Shown here: one piece after another, positions 9,095 through 19,043 of the stretch
Numbering within the stretch: the first letter of the stretch is position 1
Layout: every line of letters begins with the position of its first letter
Assembly: GCA_965249485.1 (NCBI GenBank)
Contig: OZ252239.1
Coordinates: 2,176,001-2,240,000 of the forward strand
Reading direction: 5' to 3'
DNA: 64,000 bases
From: a bacterium
GTDB taxonomy: Bacteria > SM23-31
Program-made: the position numbers and the translations under genes
The notes under the pieces: model-generated
Seen by the model: only the letters and a program-made list of their open reading frames with translations
What the model was told of the DNA's origin: nothing
The model's database searches: none

Positions 9095-9920
9095 ATGATA
9101 ACTCTTGTAGATATCTATAAACGGTTCTCACGTGGATTTATCCCGAAGCCTGTTGATGTGCTGAAAGGAATATCACTAACGGTTGAAAAGGGTGAAGTAT
9201 TCGGGTATCTTGGGCCGAACGGTGCAGGAAAGACCACGACGATTAATATTCTGATGAACTTCATAAAAGCTGACTCCGGTTCTGCACACATTAAAGGTGT
9301 AGAAGTTCATAAGCCGGAAGCCCGGAAATCGGTTGGTTATTTACCTGAGCAACCCTATTTCTACAATTACTTAACCGGATAGTGAGCTGCTCGATTATAG
9401 TGGGAGTTTATACGGAATGGATGAGTTTGAAAGAAAAAAGAAGGTTAACACACTGCTTGAGCGTCTAGGATTGCACGAGGATAAAAACAAGCAGCTCAGA
9501 AAATATTCGAGGGGAATGCTGCAGCGGATCGGAATTGCCCAATCACTCATCAACGATCCGGAGTTGATAATCCTTGACGAACCGCTTTCGGGGCTTGACC
9601 CCCTCGGCAGGAGAGACGTGCTCGATTTAATTATCGAGCAAAAACAAAAAGGCACGACAATATTTTTCAGCTCACATATTCTGAGCGATGCCGAAAAACT
9701 GTGCGACAGGGTTGGATTTATAAATCATGGTGAACTGATAGCCGAAGGGAAGTTGAACGAGCTGAAAAGAACTGAAGCAGGATCGGAAAAAATGGAAATT
9801 GCGATAGAAAGTGATACTGCTCCTATTGAAGCTTTGCTTAATGCCAAAATGGCAATTCGGTCGGTTAACCGTCATGAAGAGTCATTAGAAGAACTATTTA
9901 TAAAAAAATTTCAAAACTAA
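9095..9920 (+). pseudogene. ABC transporter ATP-binding protein (PilH/XapD-like), split by a +1 frameshift near 9380
   Basis: Walker A GPNGAGKTT in the first ORF; YSRGM signature, ILDEP and SSH in the second. Removing one base at ACCGGA[T]AGTGAG restores YNYLTG-SELLDYSGSLYGMD. Could be an assembly error. Confidence 0.8.
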
Positions 9921-10691
9921 ATGATTAATATAGTATCAACAATTGCGTTCAATACATTCAGAGAAAATATCAGGGATAAAATTTTGTATTCTATCCTGAT
10001 GTTTGGATTTGGTTTTGCTCTGATAAGCTCTCTCATCAGCCAATGGTCACTTGATCAGTGGGCGCGGCTGATGCTCGATTTCGGTATGGCGATTATATCG
10101 ATTTTTGGCTTGTTTATTGCGATTTTTATAGGTATCGGACTTGTTTCTAAAGAGATTGAAAAGAGGACTATTTACTTTGTCCTGTCAAAGCAAATTTCTC
10201 GCTCAATGTTTCTGATTGGGAAATATTTCGGACTTGTCATGACTTTGTTTATTGTATTTGTGCTTATGTCGGTTGGCTTTATAGGTGTGTATGTATTTTT
10301 TCAGGGTATGGTCAATGTGGGGGTTTTTGTGCCAATCGGCATGTCATTTTTTCAGATGTGTATTATGGTTGCCGTTGCACTTACGTTTTCAACGTTTGCT
10401 ACACCGATGGTGAGCGCAATTCTTTCGTTGTTTGTTTATATCGGGGGATTTTTTTCCGCAGATTATATGCTTCTTGGACCGGGTACTTCGAATCCTGTAA
10501 TTCAATGGTTTATGAAAATAATATACTATATAATGCCGAACATGTCCTTGTTAAATTTCAGGTCCCACATTGTCCACGATCTTCCGATTGAAGGTGCGAA
10601 TTTGTTATTGGGGGCACTTTACGCTATTGCATATTCTGTGATACTGCTTGTTTGTGCAAGCGTGATTTTCAAAAATAGAAGTTTAAAATAA
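9921..10691 (+). CDS. ABC-2 type transporter permease (PilI/XapB-like)
   Basis: IAFNTFRENIRDKILY and KEIEKRTIYFVLSK.ISR..FLIGKY; about 6 TM helices. Confidence 0.85.
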   Translation: MINIVSTIAFNTFRENIRDKILYSILMFGFGFALISSLISQWSLDQWARLMLDFGMAIISIFGLFIAIFIGIGLVSKEIEKRTIYFVLSKQISRSMFLIGKYFGLVMTLFIVFVLMSVGFIGVYVFFQGMVNVGVFVPIGMSFFQMCIMVAVALTFSTFATPMVSAILSLFVYIGGFFSADYMLLGPGTSNPVIQWFMKIIYYIMPNMSLLNFRSHIVHDLPIEGANLLLGALYAIAYSVILLVCASVIFKNRSLK

Positions 10692-10707
10692 TGCGATTGT
10701 TCCCGAA

Positions 10708-11487
10708 ATGAAGTCACTATTAATAAAAACATGTTTGATGGTAATGGTTGTAGCATCAGTTGGAATTATCATCGGTGTGCAATCAACGATTGGCGATGAA
10801 TTGATCCCTGATCTCGGTCAGGACTATGATCTCTATTATGTGGGAAATGCCAACTATATTAAAATGATATCAGCAGGTTTTGAAAGCGTGGTGGCGGACA
10901 TATATTGGATCAGATCAATTCTCTATTTTGGAAGGCGGTCAATTATTACCGACTATCCGATGGTTGGTAAACAATTGACTGATGATGGTACGGATACGCC
11001 GGAATTTGCTCTCTGGAAAAAAGAAGTGAAGCAGCGCTACCGGTATTTACCCGGATTGATCAATATGGTAGTTGATTTAGAACCCAATTTTCAAGCCCCC
11101 TATTTTTTCGGCGGTTTAATGATCTCTATGAAAGCGGGTGAAGTGGATAAGAGTATAGCACTGCTGAACAAGGCAGAACGGAGTATACCTGAAAATTGAC
11201 AGGTACCGTACTTGTTGGGTTTCAATTACTATTTTTATAAAGATGAATCGGAAAGAGCTCTCAGCTATTTTATGGATGCGTCAAAACTGCCGGGCTGTCC
11301 GCAAGGTGTTACCAATCTTTCTGTTGCAATTTTGCAGAAGGAAGGCAAAAATGATGTTGCTATAGAATTTCTTGGAAATTTAAAAAGCAATACCAAAGAC
11401 GAAGATACAATTCAGGAATTAGACAGGCTTCTTGAAGTGCTCAAGGATTCTGAACAAAATCAGGAATTGCAAAATGCTCATATGTAG
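10708..11487 (+). pseudogene. Membrane-anchored TPR protein of pilin-ABC modules (PilG/XapA-like), interrupted by in-frame TGA at 11197-11199
   Basis: ORFs 10708-11199 and 11212-11487 are in the same frame: ...IPEN*QVPYLLGFNYYFY...; ADIYWIRSILYFG and LEP.F..PYFFGG motifs. Confidence 0.7.
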
Positions 11488-11583
11488 CGTTTCCCAGGTG
11501 TGAACTATATCACATCTGTGCTGTAGCAGGGGAACAAAAGGATTTTAAGCAATAGTTAAAGTGTAAAGAAGGTTTCTTATACA

Positions 11584-12057
11584 ATGGAAAATGTGGTGAA
11601 AATAAAAAATAATACTCGGGGTTTTACGCTCCTTGAGCTCATTTTGGTTGTTGTGGTATTGGGAATTCTCTCGGCGGTGGTCGTGCCGAAAATAGGCGGT
11701 ATGATTTCCGGATCTGAAGAGAATGCTACACGATCCGAAATGTTAACCCTTAAAATGGCAATAGTTGGTGACGCATCCGCACGTGTCGCTGGGATTGTCA
11801 TTGATCAGGGGTACAAAGGTGATCTTGGATATCGCCCTGCAAGTTTAGCCGATCTTGTTACAAAACCAGGCGGTGATCCGGTCTATAATCCTTTTGTCCA
11901 GATGGCGTGGAACGGTCCCTATATGAGTGATGATGGTAACGCCAGCTATATGGATGATGCATGGGATAACGCATATACCTTGACAGACACATCTATCATA
12001 AGTAATGGTCCTGATGGTATTATGGGCACAGGTGATGATATTTCAATAAGTTTTTGA
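11584..12057 (+). CDS. Minor pilin / GspG-like prepilin
   Basis: RG|FTLLELILVVVVLGILS; WNGPY and DAWDNAY GspG-like motifs. Confidence 0.85.
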   Translation: MENVVKIKNNTRGFTLLELILVVVVLGILSAVVVPKIGGMISGSEENATRSEMLTLKMAIVGDASARVAGIVIDQGYKGDLGYRPASLADLVTKPGGDPVYNPFVQMAWNGPYMSDDGNASYMDDAWDNAYTLTDTSIISNGPDGIMGTGDDISISF

Positions 12058-12075
12058 ATAAACAGGTAGAGAACA

Positions 12076-12834
12076 ATGCAGGCACAAAGAAGACACCTAT
12101 CACACAATCTACTTTCTTCAGAAAACGGATTCACACTGCTGGAATTAATTGTGGTTATCATTATCATGGGAGTTCTTTCACTTGTAGCTGTTCGCAGTTT
12201 TACTTCACAGACCAATACGCGCCGATTTGAAGAAACGAGACTTGAAATGGAAGCACTCAAGCGGGGAATTGTTGGTGATGAGGACAGGATTCAGGATGGT
12301 TTTCGTGTCGATTTTGGCTATGTGGGAGACATGGGTGCCCTGCCGGTCGCACTGACCAATCTCGTATCGAATCCCGGTGGGGGTAATTGGAGCGGGCCGT
12401 ATGTGGCCGTTAACTTTGCAGATAATCCAAATGACTATCTCAACGATGCATTTAATCTAGCATACGCTTATACTCCGGCAGCGCTGACTATTTTTAGTTG
12501 GGGTGCAAATATTACGATTACTCTGGCTACATCAGCCACTGATCTTCTGAACAATACTGTCCTCCTGTTTGCAAGGGACCGGGATGGTTTTACTCCTCAG
12601 GATGCAGATTTGCCGAATATTACCGTAACACTCAATCTGCAAAACAGTGCGGTTATCGGGCCATCCGCTTTGTTTGCATCGGACGGACTAGCGACAATAA
12701 CAAATGTTCCAGTCGGTAATCACACTGTAACCGTAAATCACTCGGTATTAGCGGAAAATGTTATCAAGCCCGTATCAGTTGAGCCGGGTTCAACAACAGG
12801 TCCGATAGAGATAATATTTACTACATTGCCGTAA
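12076..12834 (+). CDS. Minor pilin with C-terminal Ig/carboxypeptidase-regulatory-like domain
   Basis: NG|FTLLELIVVIIIMGVLS; DFGYVGDMG.LP and WSGPY; beta-rich C-terminus (NVPVGNHTVTV). Confidence 0.82.
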   Translation: MQAQRRHLSHNLLSSENGFTLLELIVVIIIMGVLSLVAVRSFTSQTNTRRFEETRLEMEALKRGIVGDEDRIQDGFRVDFGYVGDMGALPVALTNLVSNPGGGNWSGPYVAVNFADNPNDYLNDAFNLAYAYTPAALTIFSWGANITITLATSATDLLNNTVLLFARDRDGFTPQDADLPNITVTLNLQNSAVIGPSALFASDGLATITNVPVGNHTVTVNHSVLAENVIKPVSVEPGSTTGPIEIIFTTLP

Positions 12835-12862
12835 TATCTTATATGATAGGCAGGTGTGCACT

Positions 12863-14752
12863 ATGAAGAAATTACTAAGTTCCAATCGTGGTTTTACTTT
12901 GATTCAAGTTGTAGTTGCTATTGTCGGTCTGGCGATTGCTGCTTCTGTTGCCCTGAAAGTCACAAGCCAGGGTACAGCGGAAGGACGCACAATCCTATCA
13001 ATCACAAGGATTCATGAGGTTCAAAGAGCGATTGGTGGTGACGAGCGGGTAAAAGATAACACCGATTTCGGATTTGTGGGTGATTTTGGACGCCTTCCCG
13101 CGACGCTTGATGAGCTTATCGTTGATAATGGTGACCCAAATTGGAACGGTTCTTACCTTACCTCCGATTTTGTTGGTGATAATACAAGTACTTTTGTTGA
13201 TGCGTGGGGAAATGACTTTGTTTACGATAATACAACCGGTGAACTCGGTTTGAGTGAAGCATCTGTTGGAGAAGTGCCGGTCATCATACCTGCACCCTAT
13301 GAAAACATAGAAGAAATCCTCTTTGGCAGTATTGAGGGAAGTATTGTTGATAAATATAACAATCCCCCGAAAAAAGGTGACAGGAAAGACCTGATTCTAT
13401 TCATGGAACCCATAATTGATGAGAACAACTGGCCGCCTATTGTGTACGATCCCGTTCGTGACCGGCGGATATTCCATACTGAGCGCATGTGGCCCTTTTT
13501 TCATCCGGTCTGGAATGTCATCCATGTTTTCAGTGATCCTCGCGATCATGGCAGAGACCACTGGCGATGGCTCTGGAGGTGGGCTGGTCTTAACTTTATG
13601 GCCGCGCAGATGATCAGGACCGGTGATCTTAGAATTGACGGATCTGTTGATGAAGGTGTCGGACTTTCGAATTTTAGCGAAGACCTTTCAATAGAGATTG
13701 AACGGATTTAAGTAAGCTGGAACAGATCAAGAAGAAGTCAACATGTCGAAAGAATATTACTGAATAATGTGGAGGTGTGGTCGGGCTCCGAACGTTCAGG
13801 AAGGCGGCTTGATTTAACAAACGCTACGCTTCCGGTCGGTTCGCTCAACGTGCCGCTTCGTTTTGAGTTTAATAGTAATTTAGAGGGAAAATACCTCGAT
13901 TTAACCTTTTATTTCACAGACGGTTCCAGGAAGCGGGTGCGACATGAAAGGCAAGATCATACAGAGAGACCTCCCCATTGGAGACCGGATCATGAAGACG
14001 ATGAAGATGATCATGATAATCAGTGGGATGACCATGGCAGGAGACGCAGGTTGGACAGACATTTTGAAGATTTCTGGCTCCACTTCTTTTTGAATAATGC
14101 ATTCGATCAGGACTTTCTGAAGGTGAAAGTGATTATCCATCCCGACCCTTACGGAAACTACCGTGCGGATGATATACCCGTGCGTCCCTACATTATAACT
14201 GCCTTTCATGATGAACTTGAAATGTCTATTAAAGAATACATGATAGTCCAGCCGAATCAAGTTTCAAAAAAGAATTTCAGGTTCGATGCCTTGTTTCCGG
14301 GATACAGACCTCCGGATGAAGAAGATGATGACGAGGATGACGATGAAGATGACGAAGATGATGAGGACGACGAAGATGACGAAGAAGAGCAGGATGACCG
14401 GGATATGGCAGAACGAATGACCGCTTCGGGTAATCTTGTGATTGATGGTAATAGTGATGATGACATTCGGATTTCTAATACCAGCAGTTCACCTGTGGTT
14501 GTAACCGACATGAAAATTCGGTGGAGAAACGACAGATCGTGGGAGCGGATTCGGAAAATCAGGATTAATGGAATGGAAGTCTGGAATGACTGGGAAAGAT
14601 CGAACAGAAATGTTGATATTATTAATGCCACGATACCGGGAAATGCGCAAAATGTTCCGGTGGAATTTGAATTCAGCCATAATCTTGGGGGGAAAGAGTA
14701 CAGGTTAGTTGAATTCAAAATGCAGGACAATTCGCGATTTAGAATCGATTAA
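12863..14752 (+). pseudogene. Large (~630 aa) minor pilin / candidate tip adhesin, interrupted by in-frame TAA at 13709-13711
   Basis: RG|FTLIQ prepilin start. ORFs 12854-13711 and 13769-14752 are in one frame, and the read-through peptide IEIERI*VSWNRSRRSQHVERILLNNVEVW aligns with the internal repeat VVVTDMKIRWRNDRSWERIRKIRINGMEVW. Confidence 0.75.
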
Positions 14753-14765
14753 GCTGACGAATGTA

Positions 14766-14797
14766 ACTGGAGCACGTCACATGTGATGTGCTCCAGT
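14766..14797. terminator. Hairpin ending the pilin operon
   Basis: ACTGGAGCACGTCAC-AT-GTGATGTGCTCCAGT, 15-bp arms with one G-U pair, 14 nt after the stop codon; weak U tail. Confidence 0.55.
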
Positions 14798-14957
14798 CCA
14801 TTTCACGAAATTATCCCTCCTAAGTATACCGTAATTTACGGTTTCGAATAAAAAAATCAAAAAAGTGCATTGGGTGTATGTTGGTATTATATTATGTTAA
14901 ATCAACTCAATGACCATTGAGTAACTATGGCTAGCATAGAGTAATAGTGATAAAAGT

Positions 14958-15194
14958 ATGGTTGCAAACATTTATATGATTGGTGATCTAGCTCGTCATT
15001 CCCGCTATTCTATAGACACGCTAAATTATTATCTAAGGATCGGTCTGATTGATGAGGTGGGAAGAAGTGAGCGGAGCAATTACAGCTATTTTGACGATTC
15101 GACACTCGAAAAATTGACGAAAATCCAGGAGCTTCGGATACAAAAAACTTCGATAAAAGAAATTCTCAGGAGAAAGAACGATGGAGTACTATAA
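14958..15194 (+). CDS. Small MerR-type HTH DNA-binding protein (78 aa, no effector domain)
   Basis: YMIGDLAR......DTLNYYLRIGLI...RSE.SNYSYF....L.KL..IQELR....SIKEI; overlaps the next gene. Confidence 0.8.
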   Translation: MVANIYMIGDLARHSRYSIDTLNYYLRIGLIDEVGRSERSNYSYFDDSTLEKLTKIQELRIQKTSIKEILRRKNDGVL

Positions 15195-16008
15195 GCTCCT
15201 CGAATTAGCGAAAGAACCGTTTTCAACATCTCCTGATCCGGCATTCTTTTATGAATCATACGAACATAAAGAATGTCTTAATCGGCTTGAAATAGCTATA
15301 CGGCTCAGACGCGGCCTTTCTGTGATAATGGGGGAAGTTGGAACCGGGAAAACAACAGTAAGCCGAATGCTTATTCAGCGGTTTGCAAAGGAAAAGAAAA
15401 ACTTCATTATCAGGATTATACTCGATCCGACGTTTAAATCTGAATTCGAATTTATGAGAAATTTGTGTGCATCTTTTGGGATCGATACGACTTCACGATC
15501 AACATTTGAATATAAAAATGATTTGGAAAATTACCTGCTGCAAAAAGGAGTAAATGAGAAAAAGGTTGTGGTTTTAATCATTGATGAAGGCCAAAAGCTG
15601 ACACCGACCTATATCGAAGTTTTGAGAAACTTGTTAAATTACGAAACTAATGAATATAAACTGTTGCAATTAGTGATCTTTTCGCAACCCGAATTTTTAC
15701 ATAAAATGAAGCGTCAACCTAATTTTCTCGACCTTATAGCTATGGGATATGTTATCAATCCTCTGAATATTGAAGACACAAAGGGCATCATCAACTATCG
15801 CCTGAAGGCCGCCGGATTAAACTCAAACCGTATTCTTTTCACTGACAAAGCAATTAGATTAATTCATACCCATACGCAGGGGTTTCCGAGAAGAATTGCA
15901 ATGTATTGTCATGAAGCACTCATTTTTATGATAAGGCAGAACAAAAAAGTCATTGATGAAAAATTTGTTCTCGATATGGTACGCCAAGAGGTGAACTGGC
16001 ATGCCTGA
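15181..16008 (+). CDS. ExeA/GspA/MshM-family AAA ATPase
   Basis: L.L..EPFSTSPDPAFFY, Walker A GEVGTGKTT, Walker B IIDEGQ and GFPRRI. Confidence 0.9.
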   Translation: MEYYKLLELAKEPFSTSPDPAFFYESYEHKECLNRLEIAIRLRRGLSVIMGEVGTGKTTVSRMLIQRFAKEKKNFIIRIILDPTFKSEFEFMRNLCASFGIDTTSRSTFEYKNDLENYLLQKGVNEKKVVVLIIDEGQKLTPTYIEVLRNLLNYETNEYKLLQLVIFSQPEFLHKMKRQPNFLDLIAMGYVINPLNIEDTKGIINYRLKAAGLNSNRILFTDKAIRLIHTHTQGFPRRIAMYCHEALIFMIRQNKKVIDEKFVLDMVRQEVNWHA

Positions 16009-17953
16009 TCTGATGGAAGACAAAAAAGAACTCGCAACGACTCGACTTCTTGAAGTATTAAGAGGTGATTCGAATGACGAAAATGTGCAAGGTGTCGAGG
16101 AACGACTCGGCTTGTCGGACGAAGAGCAATCCGCGTTGACGCGTACTGACACTGTTGATTCAAAGAGTGAACTGCAACTCGAGATCGAACCTGATAAATC
16201 CAAAATAATATTAGAATATGTCGACCTGGTTAAGTTGTGGATACTCGGTTTCTTTAAACCTCAAAGAGACATTATTGGTTTCGATATAGGATCCGATTCA
16301 ATTAAGTATGTTCACTTCATAAAAGAAAAACACGGATTTGTTCTTAAGGATATGGGGATTCGAAAAGTCGAAGAACACTATACCGGTGATCCCCAGAAAA
16401 AAATTGAAAATATAAAAAATGCGATCAATAATCTTCTAACCGATGAAATAAAAAGGAGTTGCACGGCGGCAATAACCATCTATGGTCAAAATGTAAGCAT
16501 TAAAAAAATTCAGCTTCCGAAGATGCCTAAAAAAGAAATAAGGGATGCTATTATTTGGAATGCTAACAAAGACCTTCCGTTTTCTGCGGAAAATGCTGAA
16601 TACGATTATAAAATTCTCGGAACAACTGAAGATCAGGGAATTGAAAAAACAGAAATTCTTGTTGCTGTAGTCGATAAAGCTCTCATCAATGAACAAGTTG
16701 GATTTTTCGAGTCATTGTCAATCAATCTTTCAAAAGTACTTGCAATTCCGTTATCGATTTACAATAACTTCTATCACTTTATAGATGGTGCAGAACATGC
16801 TAACGGTGTGGTCATCGACTTCGGTTCGAAAATGACAAATATGATTTTCATCAACGACGGTCTGTTGCAATTTGCTCGGGAAATATCGATCGGTGGTGCA
16901 GATATTACTGATGGAATGATGGGAACTTTATCCGGTAATGATGGTGTGGTAAAGATCGACCGGGAAGAGGCTGAACGACTGAAGTTCGTATATGGAATTC
17001 CCAATGATGATGACGTTGCGACAACGGAACACGGTATTTCGCTGAATCAGATTGCTTCCGTGATGCGTCCGACGCTTGAACGGCTTCTTGTGCAGATCCA
17101 GCGGTCTTTTGATTTCTACCGTTCTAAATTTCCATCTGAGGAGCCTGAAAAAGTATATATTACGGGCGGAACGTCTCTTCTCAAGAACATAGACTCGTTC
17201 CTGGCTGATGGTCTTGAAAAAGAAGTGATCCTACTGGATCCCCTGAAAAATATCGTTGTTGACCGCCAGCTTGAAGAAGAAAAAAGTGTTTCGGAAGTCG
17301 CTCCCAGTCTTGCTGTAGCTGTAGGAAGTGCGTTGTCCGATGAAAAAGGAATCAATCTGCTTCCTCAGGAACTGAAGGAGAAAATCCAGTCCGCGTTTCA
17401 GAAAAAGATTCTTATGGTTGCTGCGGTTGTAACGATTTCAGTAATCAGCTTATTATCCTTTTCTACGCTTTCCGAGCACGGTGAGATTGAAGCAGAGCTT
17501 ACACAAATGAATGCCAACAAAGGTCCCGGAGATGAGTTGCAGGCACAATATAGAAATTATTCTATGCAGATCAGCCAGGTAGTCAATGAGAAGCATATGG
17601 AAACTGAAAATTATGAAGCATTTGCCGGGACGATACAAATAAATGATTATCTCAAAATATTGAGCATGGTTACACCATCTCATATTACTCTGGAATCCGT
17701 TATAATTGATCTTGATCTGGCACGGAATCTGACAATAACTGGTATTTTGAATCTTGCGGTAATCGACATTAATGAAGCAAATTTTTATTTGTCGGATTAT
17801 GTACGGCAGTTGGGGAATTCACCCTTATTTACAAGAGTGAATCCCTATATAGTTCTCGATCAGGATGATTTTGACTTTGAAGAAGGTGATTCGGCTGATA
17901 ATCTTGTATTTGAAATAATATGTAGTGTACCGGAAACAACCCGGTTAAATTAA
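16001..17953 (+). CDS. pilM: Type IV pilus assembly protein PilM fused to a PilN-like domain (MshI-like architecture)
   Basis: Actin-like motifs GFDIGSDSIK, IDFGSKMT, IGGADIT and ITGGTS, followed by the PilN motif INLLP, a TM helix and a periplasmic domain. Confidence 0.88.
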   Translation: MPDLMEDKKELATTRLLEVLRGDSNDENVQGVEERLGLSDEEQSALTRTDTVDSKSELQLEIEPDKSKIILEYVDLVKLWILGFFKPQRDIIGFDIGSDSIKYVHFIKEKHGFVLKDMGIRKVEEHYTGDPQKKIENIKNAINNLLTDEIKRSCTAAITIYGQNVSIKKIQLPKMPKKEIRDAIIWNANKDLPFSAENAEYDYKILGTTEDQGIEKTEILVAVVDKALINEQVGFFESLSINLSKVLAIPLSIYNNFYHFIDGAEHANGVVIDFGSKMTNMIFINDGLLQFAREISIGGADITDGMMGTLSGNDGVVKIDREEAERLKFVYGIPNDDDVATTEHGISLNQIASVMRPTLERLLVQIQRSFDFYRSKFPSEEPEKVYITGGTSLLKNIDSFLADGLEKEVILLDPLKNIVVDRQLEEEKSVSEVAPSLAVAVGSALSDEKGINLLPQELKEKIQSAFQKKILMVAAVVTISVISLLSFSTLSEHGEIEAELTQMNANKGPGDELQAQYRNYSMQISQVVNEKHMETENYEAFAGTIQINDYLKILSMVTPSHITLESVIIDLDLARNLTITGILNLAVIDINEANFYLSDYVRQLGNSPLFTRVNPYIVLDQDDFDFEEGDSADNLVFEIICSVPETTRLN

Positions 17954-17955
17954 AT

Positions 17956-18522
17956 ATGAAATTTGGTTTTCGAGAAAAAATTATTGTAGCCGGTTCTTTG
18001 CTGGTTTTAATTGTTGTAGGCTGGTATATGTTATATTATGGGCCAAAAAATGATGAAATCACACAAATCCAGGCAGAAATTCAGAATATTCAGCGATCGA
18101 TTGCATCGGTCAATGTGACACCGGCAATGATCGATTCTTTAAGAAATGAAGTACAGCGGCTTCAGGAAGAAGCGCGGAGCAGTATGGCGTTATCAGTAGA
18201 TCCTGACAGCTTATTGTATGTGCAAAATATAATAACATCCAAAATAATCGAATATGATCTCGAACGGATAGGCCCGATCAAACCGAATATAGAAAAACTT
18301 TTTGCTGAAAGTGCTCAGGACTCTTTGGAAGTCCAAACAGGTATTCGGCCGGTTGATATTGAACTCTTGCTGAGAGGGACATTTTATAATCTTGTAGAAT
18401 TTCTGGATAGCTTTTCTGATTTTCCTTTTTTGATACGGGCAAGTGAAGTCAATGTTGATACCGATGATGCTACGTATCCTGATCTATTGATTCGTTTGAA
18501 AATTTTTGTTTTCTTTGGTTAA
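17956..18522 (+). CDS. pilO: PilO/MshJ/GspM-like alignment protein
   Basis: N-terminal REK + TM helix, coiled coil, GTFYNLVEFL ferredoxin-like motif; syntenic position. Confidence 0.75.
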   Translation: MKFGFREKIIVAGSLLVLIVVGWYMLYYGPKNDEITQIQAEIQNIQRSIASVNVTPAMIDSLRNEVQRLQEEARSSMALSVDPDSLLYVQNIITSKIIEYDLERIGPIKPNIEKLFAESAQDSLEVQTGIRPVDIELLLRGTFYNLVEFLDSFSDFPFLIRASEVNVDTDDATYPDLLIRLKIFVFFG

Positions 18523-18526
18523 TATC

Positions 18527-19033
18527 ATGGCTGATATAACGACACGACAAAAAATAATGTTAATAGTTCTCGTATTATCACTCGGGTATTTAGTTATACC
18601 TTATGTATCTGAAGACACCGGAGTCCCCCCTGCTTCGACTCCTACACAAGTCAGTGCTCCGGTTAGCAGGGCTCAACAAGCACAACTACAACAGTCCCCA
18701 ACACCAAGACCGATTGCTCCGCAGCAGCAAATGCAATCCGGATTCTCAGAAAGAGAAAAGACAGGAGAATATGCCTCATTTTTATTGGATCTGGAAGTGA
18801 AAAAAGATCCTTTTTACCGTGCGCCGAAAATCGTTGAGGATGTTGTGGATTCACAACCGGATAATAGGTTAGCAAATTTCACTTTGACTGGTACTGCAGA
18901 AGGTTCTACTGCAATTATCAATAGTAATTTTTACGGAATAGGTGAAGAAATTGACGGATTAGAAATTTTAGAAATATATTTAGACCGTGTAATATTAGAA
19001 GACGATGACGGTATTAAATATACTTTACGATAG
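18527..19033 (+). CDS. PilP/MshK/GspB-like protein
   Basis: TM helix, P/Q-rich linker, KDPF and LTGT....AIIN...IGEEIDGLEILEI..DRVIL; lies between pilO and the secretin. Confidence 0.65.
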   Translation: MADITTRQKIMLIVLVLSLGYLVIPYVSEDTGVPPASTPTQVSAPVSRAQQAQLQQSPTPRPIAPQQQMQSGFSEREKTGEYASFLLDLEVKKDPFYRAPKIVEDVVDSQPDNRLANFTLTGTAEGSTAIINSNFYGIGEEIDGLEILEIYLDRVILEDDDGIKYTLR

Positions 19034-19043
19034 GAGGTTTTCT

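Noticed and set aside
11197..11199. In-frame TGA as evidence of genetic-code reassignment (Trp/Gly) or selenocysteine
   Set aside because: Many intact genes here end in TGA (pgeF, NSS transporter, holA, ricT, M24 paralogues) and TGG is used for Trp throughout. The context suggests Trp rather than Cys, and the other internal stop is TAA.
14257..14730. Minus-strand ORF with a long poly-Ser run
   Set aside because: It is the antisense shadow of the Asp/Glu tract in the giant pilin.
8552..14752. Pilin antigenic variation by silent cassettes, invertase or a diversity-generating retroelement
   Set aside because: No recombinase or reverse transcriptase and no near-identical DNA repeats. Each pilin has its own full prepilin leader.
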